In this document: positions 1 to 11,218 of the stretch, piece by piece
Layout of the letters: every line of letters begins with the position of its first letter
How positions within the stretch are numbered: the first letter of the stretch is position 1
NCBI GenBank assembly: GCA_963833985.1
Contig: CAWIAD010000002.1
Location: 3,328,001 to 3,392,000 of the forward strand
Length of the DNA: 64,000 bases
Direction of reading: 5' to 3'
Source of the DNA: an uncultured Planctomycetaceae bacterium
GTDB lineage: Bacteria; Planctomycetota; Planctomycetia; Isosphaerales; Isosphaeraceae
Notes under the pieces: model-generated
Told to the model about the DNA's origin: nothing
Databases searched by the model: none
The model's input: the letters and a program-made list of their open reading frames with translations, nothing else
Translations under genes and position numbers: made by a program

Positions 1-3000
1 AGGCGCCGTCCGGTTGGTCGAACGCGATGGATCCGTCGGGTCTGCCTTCGTCGTCGGTCGTCTTGCCGGGCAGAAGTCTCGACGGCAGCCGGTCCCGCCA
101 CAATCGGCACTCATACTGGCACAGCGTCGCGAACATTGGCGTTCAGGTTGCCGAGGCCCTGGACTACGCGCACAGGCAGGGCATACAGCACCGGGACATC
201 AAGCCATCAAACCTGCTGCTGGATACGCGTGCCACCGTCTGGGTTGCCGATTTTGGCCTGGCCAAGGCGGATGATCAGCCAAACCTGACCCACACTGGCG
301 ACATCCTTGGCACGCTGCGCTACATGCCTCCCGAGGCATTCGAAGGACGGAACGACGCCGCGGGGACATCTATTCCCTTGGCCTGACACTTTACGAGTTG
401 CTGGCCTTCCGGCCCGCGTTCCACGACGACGATCGCAACCGGCTCATCAGACAGGTGGCTGAACAGGAACCGGAACGCCTGCGCAAGCTGAACCGGGAAG
501 TCCCGCGCAACCTGGAGACGATCGTCGCCAAGGCCATCGAGAAAGAGCCGGCGCAGCGGTACCAGACGGCGGCGGACCTGCGCGACGACCTCGTCCGCTT
601 TCTGGACGACGAACCGATCATCGGCGCAGAGCCTCATTGCCCGAGCGTCTGCGCGCTGGGTGCGTCGCAACCGGAGCATTGCCGCGGCCCTGGCCGCGGT
701 CGCGCTGCTCTTGATCGTGCTGGCGGTCGGTTCAACACTGGCGGCGGCCTTTTTCCGCGCTCAGGAGCGAGAGCAGCGCAGCCTCGCGACCAGAAATGAG
801 AACCTGGCCCTGGAGATGAAACGTCAAGCCGAGGAACGAGGAACACTGGCCGACGAGATGACGCGGTTGGCCGCCGAGAAGGAGAACCAGCGAGCGGCCG
901 CGGAGCAGGCCAAGAACGACGCTCTGGCCGCCCGGAAGCAGTCGGAAGAGCGCGGTCAAGAGCTGCGCCGGAACCTCTACTTCTCGGAGATGAACCAGGC
1001 CGGCCAGGCCATCGGCAAGCCGGGCGGCCTGCGCCGAACTCAGGAAATCCTGGCGCCCTGGCTGGAGTTGCCGGACATCCGCAACTGGGAGTGGTATTAC
1101 CTCAGCGGTTTGTGCGACCGCGAGCGGATGAAGCTGACGGGACACACCGACGGCGTCCATTCGGTGGCCTGGAGCCCCGATGGAAAAAGGCTTGCCTCGA
1201 GCAGCCGGGATAAGACCGTCAAGATCTGGGAGGCGGACAGCGGCAGGCTTGTGAAGACACTCTGGGGCCACGCCGCGGCCGTTCAGGAAGTGGCCTGGAG
1301 CCCCGACGGATCTTCCCTGGCAACGGCCGGTGTGGACCGGACGATCAAGATCTGGGACCTGACCGGGCGCGGACCGGAACGGACCCTGCACGGGCATCGA
1401 GACCGAGTCAATTCCGTGGCCTGGAATCCACGGGGAGACCGACTCTTCTCGGCAAGCGCGGACCGCACCGTGCGGATCTGGGACCCTGTCTCCGGCAAGA
1501 CGCTTTCCAGCCTCACGGTACAGAGCGCCAGCGTCAATTCCGTTTGCTGTAGCCCGGACGGCAGCAGGCTGGCCGCGGCCGGTCCGGATTTCACGATTCA
1601 AGTCTGGGACGCCTCCACCGGGAAAGAAATCCGCAGGCTCACGGGCCACACCCAGAATGTGAACAAGATCGCCTGGAGTCCCGACGGCCGCCGGCTCGCA
1701 TCCTCGGCGTGGGATCACACGATCCGCGTCTGGGATGCAGGCAGCGGCCAGCTTCTGCACACGCTGCGCGGGCATACCGCCTGGTGGATCGATGGCGTGG
1801 CCTGGAGTCCTGACGGTAAACGACTGGCATCGGCAGGAACCTGGGATGAGACCGTGCGCATCTGGGACGCGGACCGCGGGGAAGAATTGCTGACCCTGCG
1901 CGGTCATGCCGGCCATACCTGGGGAGTCTCCTGGAGCCCTGACGGCAAACGCCTGGCCTCGTCGAGCTGGGATACGACCATTCGCGTCTGGGATGTCAGC
2001 CGCGCGGGAACCGCTCCGGCCACCGCAAAGCGGGCCGCCGGCATCCATTCCTTGAGCTGGAGGCCGGATGGGCAGAGCGTCCTCGCGGCGCGGGATGACG
2101 GCTCGGTGACGATCCAGGACCCGGACGCCAGCCAGCCTCGGCCGATCCTCGCGGATCGACGGACAAAACTCTGGTGTGCCGCCTGGAGCCCCGACGGCAA
2201 GAAATTCGCCGCAGGCGGTGACGATTGCCTGATCAGAATTCACGACGCCACGAGCGGCCAGGCGCTCCTGACCCTGCAAGGGCACCAGAACAGCGTGCGC
2301 TGCCTGTCCTGGAACCCGAGCGGGCGTCAACTGGCTTCGGCAAGCCTGGACGGTACGGTGAGGGTATGGGACCTCTCCAGCGGCAAGGTGCTCGCGACCT
2401 ATCGCCAGGACCATGACGGCGGCTTCAACGAGCAGCCATCCATCTATTCGGTGGCCTGGAGCCCTGACGGCAAACGCCTGGCGTCCGGCGGCAATGACAA
2501 GCTGGTTCGCATCTGGGCCGAGGGATCGCTCAGTTTTACGATGCCAGGGCATACGGACCGGGTCATGGACGTGGCCTGGAGCCCTGATGGACGCACCGTG
2601 GCCTCGGCCGGAGGAGATGACAGCGTCAGGCTCTGGGACGTGGCCTCGCACAAGCAAATCCACGTGCTTCGGGGGCACACCAGCCGCGTCACTTCCGTGT
2701 CGTGGAGCCCCGGCGGAGAGCGGCTCGCGTCGGCAAGCTGGGACGGCACGATCAGGGTCTGGGCCCCGGCATCAGGCGCCGGAACGCTGTCCATACCGCT
2801 GGCCACGCGCGGAGACGCCCGCGTCGCCTGGAGTCCCGACGGCATGAAGCTCGTCATGGCAGGGGAAGATGGCCGGCTCGATTTCCATGATGCGGCCGCG
2901 GGATATGCCATCGAGCTTTCTCCGCTCCTGTTGCCGGAGCTCGATCGCCGGCTCGCGGCGCACCCGGAGAGCGCAGCCGATCACAAGCTGCGCGGGCAGA

Positions 3001-5805
3001 TCCTGGGCAAGTGCGGCCAGTGGTCCAGGGCCGCCGCGGACTTCCAGCAATATCTCGAGCACGCCCGGTCGGAAACCGGCTCCATCCCTCACGTGGGATG
3101 GTCGGTCGCTGGCCCGTACCCGGAAGACCTGATGACAGTCTGCCCGCCGGAACTGGATGTGCACTCGCCTGGATGGGTCGACACGAGTTCGGGCGACGCT
3201 CGATCGGATCGGAGCAGCACCCCGACACGGGCGACCTGGCGCGCGGTGGCGGAAGGCTCTGGTGGAGGGCTCGACTTCAAGCCCCTCATGAACAACACCG
3301 ACCACGTATCAGCGTATGCTCGCACATGCGTTTATTCTCCGCGCAGGCAGGAGGCGGCGCTCTTGCTCGGCTCCGATAACGGCCGGCGGGTCTGGCTCAA
3401 TGGCCGGCTGTGCGATCAGAAGCCGTTCTCGGCTCGCGCGGTCCCGGACGAGGATGCCGTGCCTGTCACGCTCGAGGCCGGCTGGAATACCGTCCTCGTG
3501 AAAGTGAATAATCCCTGGGGACCACACGAGCTCTACCTCCGGTTTTCAGACGTGCCCGAGGATCGCATCCGCGCGGCTCAGAACTCCCGCACCTGGGACA
3601 CCGCGGAACCAGTCGTCAGGCAGCTGCTCGAGCAGGCTCCCGACGACCCACGGGTCCTGGCGCGTGCCGCCAAGTGCTACGAGGAACGGGCGGAAAACAT
3701 CGAGCAAGCAAGGGTCCGTCCCTGGCTGGGTGTGTTCCACGTGCCCGCGGGTCCTGGCACCGCCGCCGTCACTTCCGGTCAGCAAGCAGGCGGCTTTCGC
3801 GTCGCTGCTGTCGTTGCCGGCAGCGCGGCGGAGAGAGCCGGCATCCGCCCCGAAGACGTCATCGTGAGCGTCGACCGGAAGCCGATCGTCTCGCACCAGG
3901 ACCTGCATTCGGCAGTGTCTTCCCTGGAGCCTGGAAGCCGCGTTGCACTGGGCATCATGCGGAACGGCCAATCGCTGACCCTGGCTGCGGTCGTTGGCGA
4001 ACGCACCGACCCGACGTCCGACAAATACCGTGCCGCGGACTGGCAACGCCCGCGCGTCGAGTCGGCTGAAGTTCCCGGCCCGGCGCGGATCGCACGCGCC
4101 GAGGGGTACCGAAAGCAGGCTCGCTCGCTCTACGAAAGACTGATCCGGATCGAGCCGTATGACTTGAATTATCTGAATGAGTTCGCTCGTTTCCTGGTCA
4201 GCTCGTGGAGTTCCTCGTCCGCGTTCAAAGGCGGAGAGATGATGCAGGCGGCCGAGGCGAGATCGGCGGCGGGTGCGAACCTCACCCGGCTGGCCGACGG
4301 CTCGTTCCTGGCCAGCGGCATCAATCCGGTATCTGATGTGTACACTTTGCGAATGGATTGCCAGGCCAGCGGATTTCACCTCCTGAGACTGGATGCGCTC
4401 CCCGATCCCTCGCTCCCGAACAATGGGCCGGGAAGGACCTTGAACGGCAATTTTGTCCTCTGTCCGATCCGCGCCGAGGCCGCGGGCCAGGTACTTCCCT
4501 TGCATGGCCTGAGTGCCAGCTTCGCACAGGATTTCTTTCCGGTTCGCGCCGCCGTGAATGCTCAGCCTCAGTCCAACTCGGGATGGGCGATCGCCCCCCG
4601 GATGGGTCACGCTCACTGGGCATTATTCCTGCTGGACGCGCGGTCGATTTCCCCGACCGGGGCATCTGTGACAATCCGGCTGTGTTTCCAGAGTAGCAAT
4701 GCGCAGCACACGCTGGGCCGATTCCGCCTGGCCCTGTCTCCAGCGATTCCTTCCAGGCTGACCGAACCGCTCCTGGCTCTCTGGCCGCTCGCCACGGATG
4801 ACGGCATTGGCTGGCGACGACTGGCGGCGATTCACACGCTGCGTGAAGAATGGCAGCCAGCCATCGGCGCTTGCCAGAAGGCGATCGACCACGACCCGGA
4901 AGTGGGACCCCGGCAGCTCTCGCTCATGGCGCTCGCGCTCCACGAATGCGGCGAGACGGACGAGGCGCGCCGCAGACTGGATGAGGCGATCGCCTGGTTG
5001 AAAGCGGCACGAGTCCGAGCCGTCCGATCTGCCACTTGCCGCCCTCGCGCTCTCCAGGGTCGCCTCACAGAATGACACCCAGGTTCGTTCCACGCTCGAG
5101 GAAATCGCCAGCCAGAGCCGGCTCAGAGAGCTGGCCCGCGCCATCGCAGCGGAACCGAAAAATGTCGCTCTCTACGCTGCGCGGGCCGAGTTCCATGCCC
5201 GGCGCGGCGAGTGGCGGGAATCGGCTGCCGATCTGCAAAAAGCCTCCGAACTGGACCCAAACCGGAGCCCGGAGAATGGAGTCCGCCTGCTCCGGCTGGC
5301 AAACATGTTCCTGCTCGCCGGGAATCGTTCCGGCTATGACCGGCTCTGCCAGCAGCAACTCAGGGAACTCGGTGCGCTCCCGCGCGACACGGTGTCCGCA
5401 AACACTGCGGTCTGGCTTTTCTGCCTGGCTCCCGGCGTGGCAGCCGATTACAACGACCTGGTCTCGCTGATGGAACGAACCGTGCAATCGGCCAGCCAGG
5501 CGGACAGGGCCAACTATCTGCTGAACACGCTGGGAGCGATCCTCTATCGGGCCGGCCGCTACCAGGAAGCCGTCGACCGCCTGGATGCAGGGCTCGCCGC
5601 CAGGAAGACGGAGGGCTTGCCGCACGACTGGGCCTTCCTCGCGCTCGCGCATCATCGGCTTGGCAACACGGTGGAAGCGCGTCGCTGGCGAGACAAGCTG
5701 AAAGCCTTTACGGCACCCGCCGATGCCCCGACCTTCGAGTTCTGGAATAACCTGGAAATCCCTGTTCTTCTGAAGGAGATCGAGGCCATTCCAGTCTCCC
5801 CGTGA
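1..5805 (+). CDS. Giant Hanks-type Ser/Thr kinase with TM helix, 14 WD40 repeats, TPRs, beta-sandwich domains and PDZ; 5'-truncated by the window and frameshifted
   Basis: Kinase motifs HRDIKPSN, DFGLA and GTLRYMPPE in ORF 27-386; kinase C-lobe in ORF 398-799. ORF 660-5075 has a hydrophobic helix, 14 GH..W(S/N)PDG..W-D repeats, a GSDNGRRVWLNG beta-sandwich and a PDZ segment (VAAVVAGSAAERAGIRPEDVIVSVD). The TPR tail continues in the frame of 5305-5805. Frame breaks near 359, 620-650 and 5010-5070. Confidence 0.85.
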
Positions 5806-5976
5806 GGGAACGTTGCGGTACCAACCCGTGCCCAGACCTGGAGCGGCTGGGGAGCCGCCCCGGGAACTCGCGGGCGCGGCTGCTGATGATGCAGGAGTCG
5901 GCGGCCGGGCCGGTGCTTCGCGGCGCGGGGAGATGACGACGACGCGGCGATGCGTGCGATTCGCGGCGAGACGCAG

Positions 5977-6234
5977 GTCGGGCTCATGCCCGAGGTTGGA
6001 GGCTGCGCCCGTGAAAACCATGTGCTCACGCACGTGGCCATGCGCCGCAGAGTCCATGGTGCTCACGCACGTGGCCATCTGCCGCGGAGTCCATGGTGCT
6101 GGCGCACGTGGCCATCTGCCGCGAAGTCCACGGTGCTGGCGCACGTGGCCATGTGCCGCGGAGTCCATGGTGCTCACGCACGTGGCCATCTGCCGCGAAG
6201 TCCACGGTGCTGGCGCACGTGGCCATGTGCCGCG
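5977..6234 (+). repeat. Dispersed repeat element: hairpin head plus about 6 tandem 37-bp units
   Basis: Head GTCGGGCTCATGCCCGAGGTTGGAGGCTGCGCCCGTGAAAACCA, then units GTGCT(CA/GG)CGCACGTGGCCAT(G/C)(C/T)GCCGC(A/G)(G/A)AGTCCA(T/C)G starting at 6022, 6059, 6096, 6133, 6170 and 6207 (last one partial). Confidence 0.9.
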
Positions 6235-6445
6235 GGCTCTGGGTTTAACCGGACGCGGCAAGGTCCGCAACGCCCCGGACGGAGTCGCTGGAAGGCATGC
6301 GATTGCATGCCATGTGCGCGACACGGCACGCAGCAGGTCGACAGCAAACGGCTGAAGAAATGCCTTGACGCATGAAACCCGGCAGTATTCTTTTCGGGTA
6401 CTGAAGTCGGACCAGTTTGTTTGTTTCATCATGAGGAAGGCTCTC

Positions 6446-7630
6446 ATGAGCCATCTTGCAACCCTGATCATCATTGCCTCACTGCTCGTGCTGGGCCTGG
6501 ACGAGACCGCTTCAGCAGCGCCACAGCAGCCGCAGACCAACGCGCAGCCGTCCGGTGCCGGACGACAACAGGCCCGGCCGCCTGAGACTGCCGACGGCCG
6601 TGCCGATGATGAGACCATGGACGCGACGAGGATTCGGCTCACCGCAAAGGTCGAGAGAGTGAAACGGGGCGTGCGGAGATGGGCAAGCACCGGGCGCGAT
6701 CCATCGGCAATCCTCAAGACGATGGACGAGAAGGTCAAGCCCCTGCTCCAGGCGGGCAACGTCGCGAATGCGGAACGCGAACTCGATCGTGTCCTGGACC
6801 AGCTCCGCGACGAAGGGCCGCAAACCGGCGATCTGTATCGCGGCTTCGGCGTGCCACAACGGGTGACCATCCGCGGTTACAATGGGCACGCGATGGAGCC
6901 GTTCCTCACGCGCGATGGCAATTATCTGATGTTCAATAATCTGAATGAGCCTCAGGAAAACACGAACCTGCACTATGCCGAGCGGAAGGACGATCTGACG
7001 TTCGAGTACAAGGGCGAGATCAAGGGCGTCAATACGCGGTCGCTCGAAGGCGTGCCGAGCATGGATGAGGAGGGCATGCTCTACTTCGTGTCTCCACGGA
7101 GTTATGACAAGACGTTATCAACCCTGTACCGCGGGCGTTTCAAGGATGGGTCGGTGGATGGCGTGGAACTCGTCCCTGGAGTTTCGCGCAGGCAGCCGGG
7201 CATCGTGAACTTCGACGTCGAGATCAGCGCGGATGGCAAGACACTGTACTTTGTCGATGCACTCTTCGTGCAGGGCGGCCCGAAGACTGCGGATCTGGTC
7301 ATCGCGACTCGCACTGGAACAGGATTCAAGCGCGACACGAAGAGCAGCGCGATCCTCAAGCAAGTCAATACCACCGCGCTGGAGTACGCCGCGGATATCT
7401 CCGCCGATGGGCTGGAACTGTTCTTCACGCGCATGAATTCCCCGCCTACCATGCCCCCGGCGATCTTTCGGGCCGCGCGAAAGAGCCAGGACGATCCCTT
7501 CGAGAAGCCGCAGAAAGTTGCCGGCCCCACCGGGTTCGTCGAAGCCTCAACGCTCTCGCATGACGGAAAGACCATGTATTATCACACGGTCGAAAATGAA
7601 CGGCGCGTCATCTATTGCATGAAACGCTGA
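6446..7630 (+). CDS. Secreted protein with TolB/PD40-like beta-propeller repeats
   Basis: GAGGAAGG RBS before ATG 6446; signal peptide ending ASA-A; repeated EPFLTRDG, VPSMDEEG, ISADGKTLYF, ISADGLELFF and LSHDGKTMYY motifs. Confidence 0.7.
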   Translation: MSHLATLIIIASLLVLGLDETASAAPQQPQTNAQPSGAGRQQARPPETADGRADDETMDATRIRLTAKVERVKRGVRRWASTGRDPSAILKTMDEKVKPLLQAGNVANAERELDRVLDQLRDEGPQTGDLYRGFGVPQRVTIRGYNGHAMEPFLTRDGNYLMFNNLNEPQENTNLHYAERKDDLTFEYKGEIKGVNTRSLEGVPSMDEEGMLYFVSPRSYDKTLSTLYRGRFKDGSVDGVELVPGVSRRQPGIVNFDVEISADGKTLYFVDALFVQGGPKTADLVIATRTGTGFKRDTKSSAILKQVNTTALEYAADISADGLELFFTRMNSPPTMPPAIFRAARKSQDDPFEKPQKVAGPTGFVEASTLSHDGKTMYYHTVENERRVIYCMKR

Positions 7631-7899
7631 GCGGGCCGCTCACGTGGCACGGTGCCGCTCGAACCAGGGCAAGCACCCTTGCGCCTGAGTCGGCGATGGG
7701 CCGCAAGACGGCTCGAAGCGACGCATCCAGATTCCATCACAGAGCAGACCAGTGCTCAGCAATCGTCTCCGCACGATCGGGGTGGCCCTTCTGCCATCCC
7801 TCGCGCCTTGCGTGGAGTCACCAGATTCAGAGATGAACGCAGCGTATAAGACGCTGGATGCGACGACTGAGCCGACCGTGAGCCAGAATGTGGTTGGCC

Positions 7900-7949
7900 C
7901 CATCTGCTCCATCTGCTGCCATCTGCCATCTGCCATTCCATCTGCCATC
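7900..7949. repeat. Short imperfect CCATCTG(C) tandem repeat in an intergenic region
   Basis: ccatctgctccatctgctgccatctgccatctgccattccatctgccatc. Confidence 0.6.
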
Positions 7950-8053
7950 GTATGAGCGGGGACCGCGAAGAGCGGGGGAGGAGGAGGCGCCTACCCCGAT
8001 GTCGGTGTGCGGAATCAACGCACCCTCTCTTGGTCTTTGCTGGCTGCGAGGTC

Positions 8054-10096
8054 TCAACCGTTGGTGTACGTGCCGTAGATGTTGTTCCCGGCGGTGGTGG
8101 CCTTGTTGTTGACGACCAGGGTGTTGGTCAGCACGGTGATGGCGCCGGTGCTGATGTAAATGCCGCCGCCGTAGGCGTTGCCGTCGCCCGGGGCGACGCT
8201 CGTCGAGTTGCCGGCGATCAGGTCATTGGTGAACGAGGCCTGGGCGGAGGACCCCGCGATATAGACGCCTCCACCGCCGTTGTCGCTGAAGAAGACGGGG
8301 CCGTTGGCGCCGGCGACGGCGGAGTTGCCCACGATGATGCTATCGGTGACCTGGATCAACCCTCCGCAGTGGATGCCTCCGCCCTGGCCTGTGCCTGCGA
8401 AAGCGGTGCCTGGCGGGTCGCTCGCGGGAACGGCCCCACCGGTGGCGTTGTTCCCGGCGATGAGGCAATCGGTCACCGTCAGGGAGCCGCCGTCGATGGC
8501 CCCACCGTTGGCGTTACCGCCAAAAACGTAATTGGTCTCGCTGGCCGGTCCGGCGGAGCCGCCCACGGCGCTGTTCCCGGTGAAGGTCGATCCGGTGATC
8601 GTCCCGCTGCCGGCCAGGGCGCCTCCGTCTGCGCCGCCCCCGTTGATGCCGCCAATTGCGGTGTTGCCGGTGAAGAGGCTGGACGCGACGGTGAGGGCGC
8701 CGGAGTTCGTGACGGCACCGCCAACGGAGACACCACCGAGGCCGCTCTGGACGCTGTTGTTGATGAACGTGCTGCCGCTGATCGTCAGCGGGGAAGATCC
8801 AAAGCGACCGGAAATCGCCCCGCCGAACGCGCCCCCCGTGTAATCGCCGGGAGGGTTGTTGATCCCCGAAAGCGCCTGGTCGCCGCTGAACGTGCAGTTG
8901 ACCATGGTCGCGGCGACGCCGCTACCGTTCATGAAGACGGCTCCGCCATCGGCCTCCGAGGCCCCGTTCGCGGAGTTGTCCACGAACGAGCTGTTGCTCA
9001 CGGACATGACCGCGTTGGAGATGTCAATCGCGCCACCCCAGGCGTTGCCTCCGGCGATGGCCTGGTTGTTCTGGATCGTGCAACCGCGGATTGTCAGGAC
9101 GTTCGAGTTCATTTCGATTCCGCCGCCGACAGCGAAGAAGCCCTCGGCCGTGTTGCCCGAGATCGTGCTGCCGGTGATGGTCAAATCGCCATTGGCGTTG
9201 ATGCCGCCCCCGTTCGCCGACCCATTGGGCCCCACGTCGTTCGTGTTGTTCACGATCTGGCTGTTGGTGATGGTTGATGACCCAAAGCACCACATGGCGA
9301 GCCCCGTGTTGCCGCTGACGGCGCTCCTGACGAGGTCCAGTCCGCCGAACGAGTTGATGGCGCCATCCGAGCCGGAGTTGCCCGAGATCGTGCTGCCGGT
9401 GATGGTCAGCAGGTTATAGCCCTCGATGCCCCCAACGCCGTAGCCGACGTTGGCGCTGTTGCCGGAGATGGTGCTGCCGGTGATGGTCAGCGGCCCAAAG
9501 CTGTTGATGCCCCCCGCGACGGGACCGTAATTCTGCGAGATCATGCTGTTGCCGATCGTCATCGTGCCGGCGTTTTCGATGCCGCCGGCCCCGGCGTACG
9601 TTCCCGCGGGGGCCGAGTTGCCGGTGACCACGGCATTGGTGAGGGTCAGGGTGCCCTGGTTGAAGATCCCACCGGCTTCGTAATAGTTGGGCGACACGCC
9701 GTCGGTGATGGTCATCCCCGAAATCGAGGCAGTCACCCCGTTGCCGATATCGAATACGTTGGAGCTGTTGTCGCCGCTGACGGTGAGCTTGCCGGCGCCC
9801 GGTCCCTGGATGCTGACCCCGGTGGCGACCTCGAGCGGGCCGCTGGTGAGCGTGATGGTGCCGTGGGCCTTGGGCGAGAAGACGATGGTGTCGCCGTTCT
9901 GGGCCAGGGCCAGCTCGGCGCGGAGCGAGCCCGTGCCGCTGTCGGAGTCGTTGGTGACGGTGAGCGTGCTCAACAGGGTGCGGTCCTCCAGCCGAAGGAG
10001 GCCAGGTGCGAATCGGCGCCCACGCTCTCGACGAGCACCGAGCCGGGACCGCCGGGAAGAGTCATTCTGTGCTGCTGGGAACCTGCGAAGGAACAT
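8054..10096 (-). CDS. Secreted right-handed beta-helix (Pmp-like GGAI repeat) surface protein with planctomycete extracellular leader
   Basis: GGGAGG RBS; N-terminus RRRFAPGLLRLEDRTLLS followed by VTNDSDSGTGSLR; many LTITGSTISGN / GGAI / F..N.A repeats; rich in Gly, Asn and Ser. Confidence 0.85.
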   Translation of the reverse strand: MFLRRFPAAQNDSSRRSRLGARRERGRRFAPGLLRLEDRTLLSTLTVTNDSDSGTGSLRAELALAQNGDTIVFSPKAHGTITLTSGPLEVATGVSIQGPGAGKLTVSGDNSSNVFDIGNGVTASISGMTITDGVSPNYYEAGGIFNQGTLTLTNAVVTGNSAPAGTYAGAGGIENAGTMTIGNSMISQNYGPVAGGINSFGPLTITGSTISGNSANVGYGVGGIEGYNLLTITGSTISGNSGSDGAINSFGGLDLVRSAVSGNTGLAMWCFGSSTITNSQIVNNTNDVGPNGSANGGGINANGDLTITGSTISGNTAEGFFAVGGGIEMNSNVLTIRGCTIQNNQAIAGGNAWGGAIDISNAVMSVSNSSFVDNSANGASEADGGAVFMNGSGVAATMVNCTFSGDQALSGINNPPGDYTGGAFGGAISGRFGSSPLTISGSTFINNSVQSGLGGVSVGGAVTNSGALTVASSLFTGNTAIGGINGGGADGGALAGSGTITGSTFTGNSAVGGSAGPASETNYVFGGNANGGAIDGGSLTVTDCLIAGNNATGGAVPASDPPGTAFAGTGQGGGIHCGGLIQVTDSIIVGNSAVAGANGPVFFSDNGGGGVYIAGSSAQASFTNDLIAGNSTSVAPGDGNAYGGGIYISTGAITVLTNTLVVNNKATTAGNNIYGTYTNG

Positions 10097-10530
10097 GATG
10101 TAGCCTCCCTCTGCACGACAAAGGATGTGAACTTGCATCAAATTGTCGATGAGTGCGTTGCCCGCCCGCAGCCTGGTATGACCATCGACGAGGGCCTCGT
10201 GCTGCGGCTCTTGGTTCCGGTAGTATGGGTATCCAGCCGCCATGCCCGAAATCGATCGTTGAGGTGCTGGTTCGGTGATCCCATCGGCCCCGGGGCGGGC
10301 GGACCGGTCGCGACGGACCAATCCGATCGCCGCCGGAGGGTTGTCAGGGTCGTTCGACCGCCCTTCGGATGGAGGGTGGGCCACACGGAGGGGCTTTTCG
10401 CGCGGCGATACACGGATTCCGCCCCGGATTTCGGGCTTTGCCCGCCAAATCCCATTTGAACAGGCAGGCGCCGCGCGGAGACGTGCTTCGCGCGACGCAT
10501 GCCGCCGGCGATCGAACAGGAACCGGTTCC

Positions 10531-11169
10531 ATGGGAGTCGAGGTGAATCTGAATGGATCGCTCACGCGGCTGGCCCAGGAGGTGTATTCGCCGGACCCGA
10601 TCCGGAGGGACGAGGCGGCCCGAGAGATGTGGCTGCGCTTCTCGGACCGGATCGCGACGATCGTGCGGCGTCGGCTCGATCCGCGGATCCTTCGGCGGGC
10701 GGGACTGGAGGATGTCATGCAAAGCCTGTTTGCCGACTATTTCGCGGCTGGCCCCGGGCCGAGCGGGCCGCCCCGCGACCGAGTGGAGCTCTGGCGGCGC
10801 CTGGTCCGGTTCACACTCTACAAGATCGCCAACACGGTCGACCGCCATGGCGCCAGGCGGCGGGACGTCCGGCGCGAGCAGCTCGTTGGCGATTTTGTCG
10901 GCCCGGCCGAGCCGGTGGACTTCCGCCACCGGGCCCCGGAAGAGGAAGCCGCCGCCCGCGAAGAATTCGACCGCCTGCTGGATGTCTTGCCCGACGACCT
11001 CCGCCGCGTCCTGGCGATGCGGATCGAGGGTTACTCGAATGCTGAGATCGCCCTGGAGATCGGCCGCGTTGAGCGAACTGTGGAGCTGAAGCTCCGGACG
11101 ATCCGGAGTCTCCTGCATCCTCACCTGCGGGATGTGGTCGCGCCGGACGACGAGCCTGATAAATCTTGA
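10531..11169 (+). CDS. ECF-type RNA polymerase sigma factor (kinase-associated type)
   Basis: Region 2 (LEDVMQSLF...LWRRLVRFTLYK...RR) and region 4 (LPDDLRRVLAMRIEGYSNAEIALEIGRVERTVELKLRTIR); directly upstream of a kinase. Confidence 0.9.
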   Translation: MGVEVNLNGSLTRLAQEVYSPDPIRRDEAAREMWLRFSDRIATIVRRRLDPRILRRAGLEDVMQSLFADYFAAGPGPSGPPRDRVELWRRLVRFTLYKIANTVDRHGARRRDVRREQLVGDFVGPAEPVDFRHRAPEEEAAAREEFDRLLDVLPDDLRRVLAMRIEGYSNAEIALEIGRVERTVELKLRTIRSLLHPHLRDVVAPDDEPDKS

Positions 11170-11218
11170 CCAACGTTGCCCCACCGCGAACCGTCGCCCT
11201 GGCTACCCGAGGCTCGCC

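Noticed and set aside
6022..6234. 37-bp repeats as a CRISPR array
   Set aside because: Units are head-to-tail with no unique spacers, and there are no cas genes in the window.
7900..7949. CCATCTG repeat as a functional or phase-variable element
   Set aside because: Short, imperfect, and located between convergent gene ends; no supporting context.
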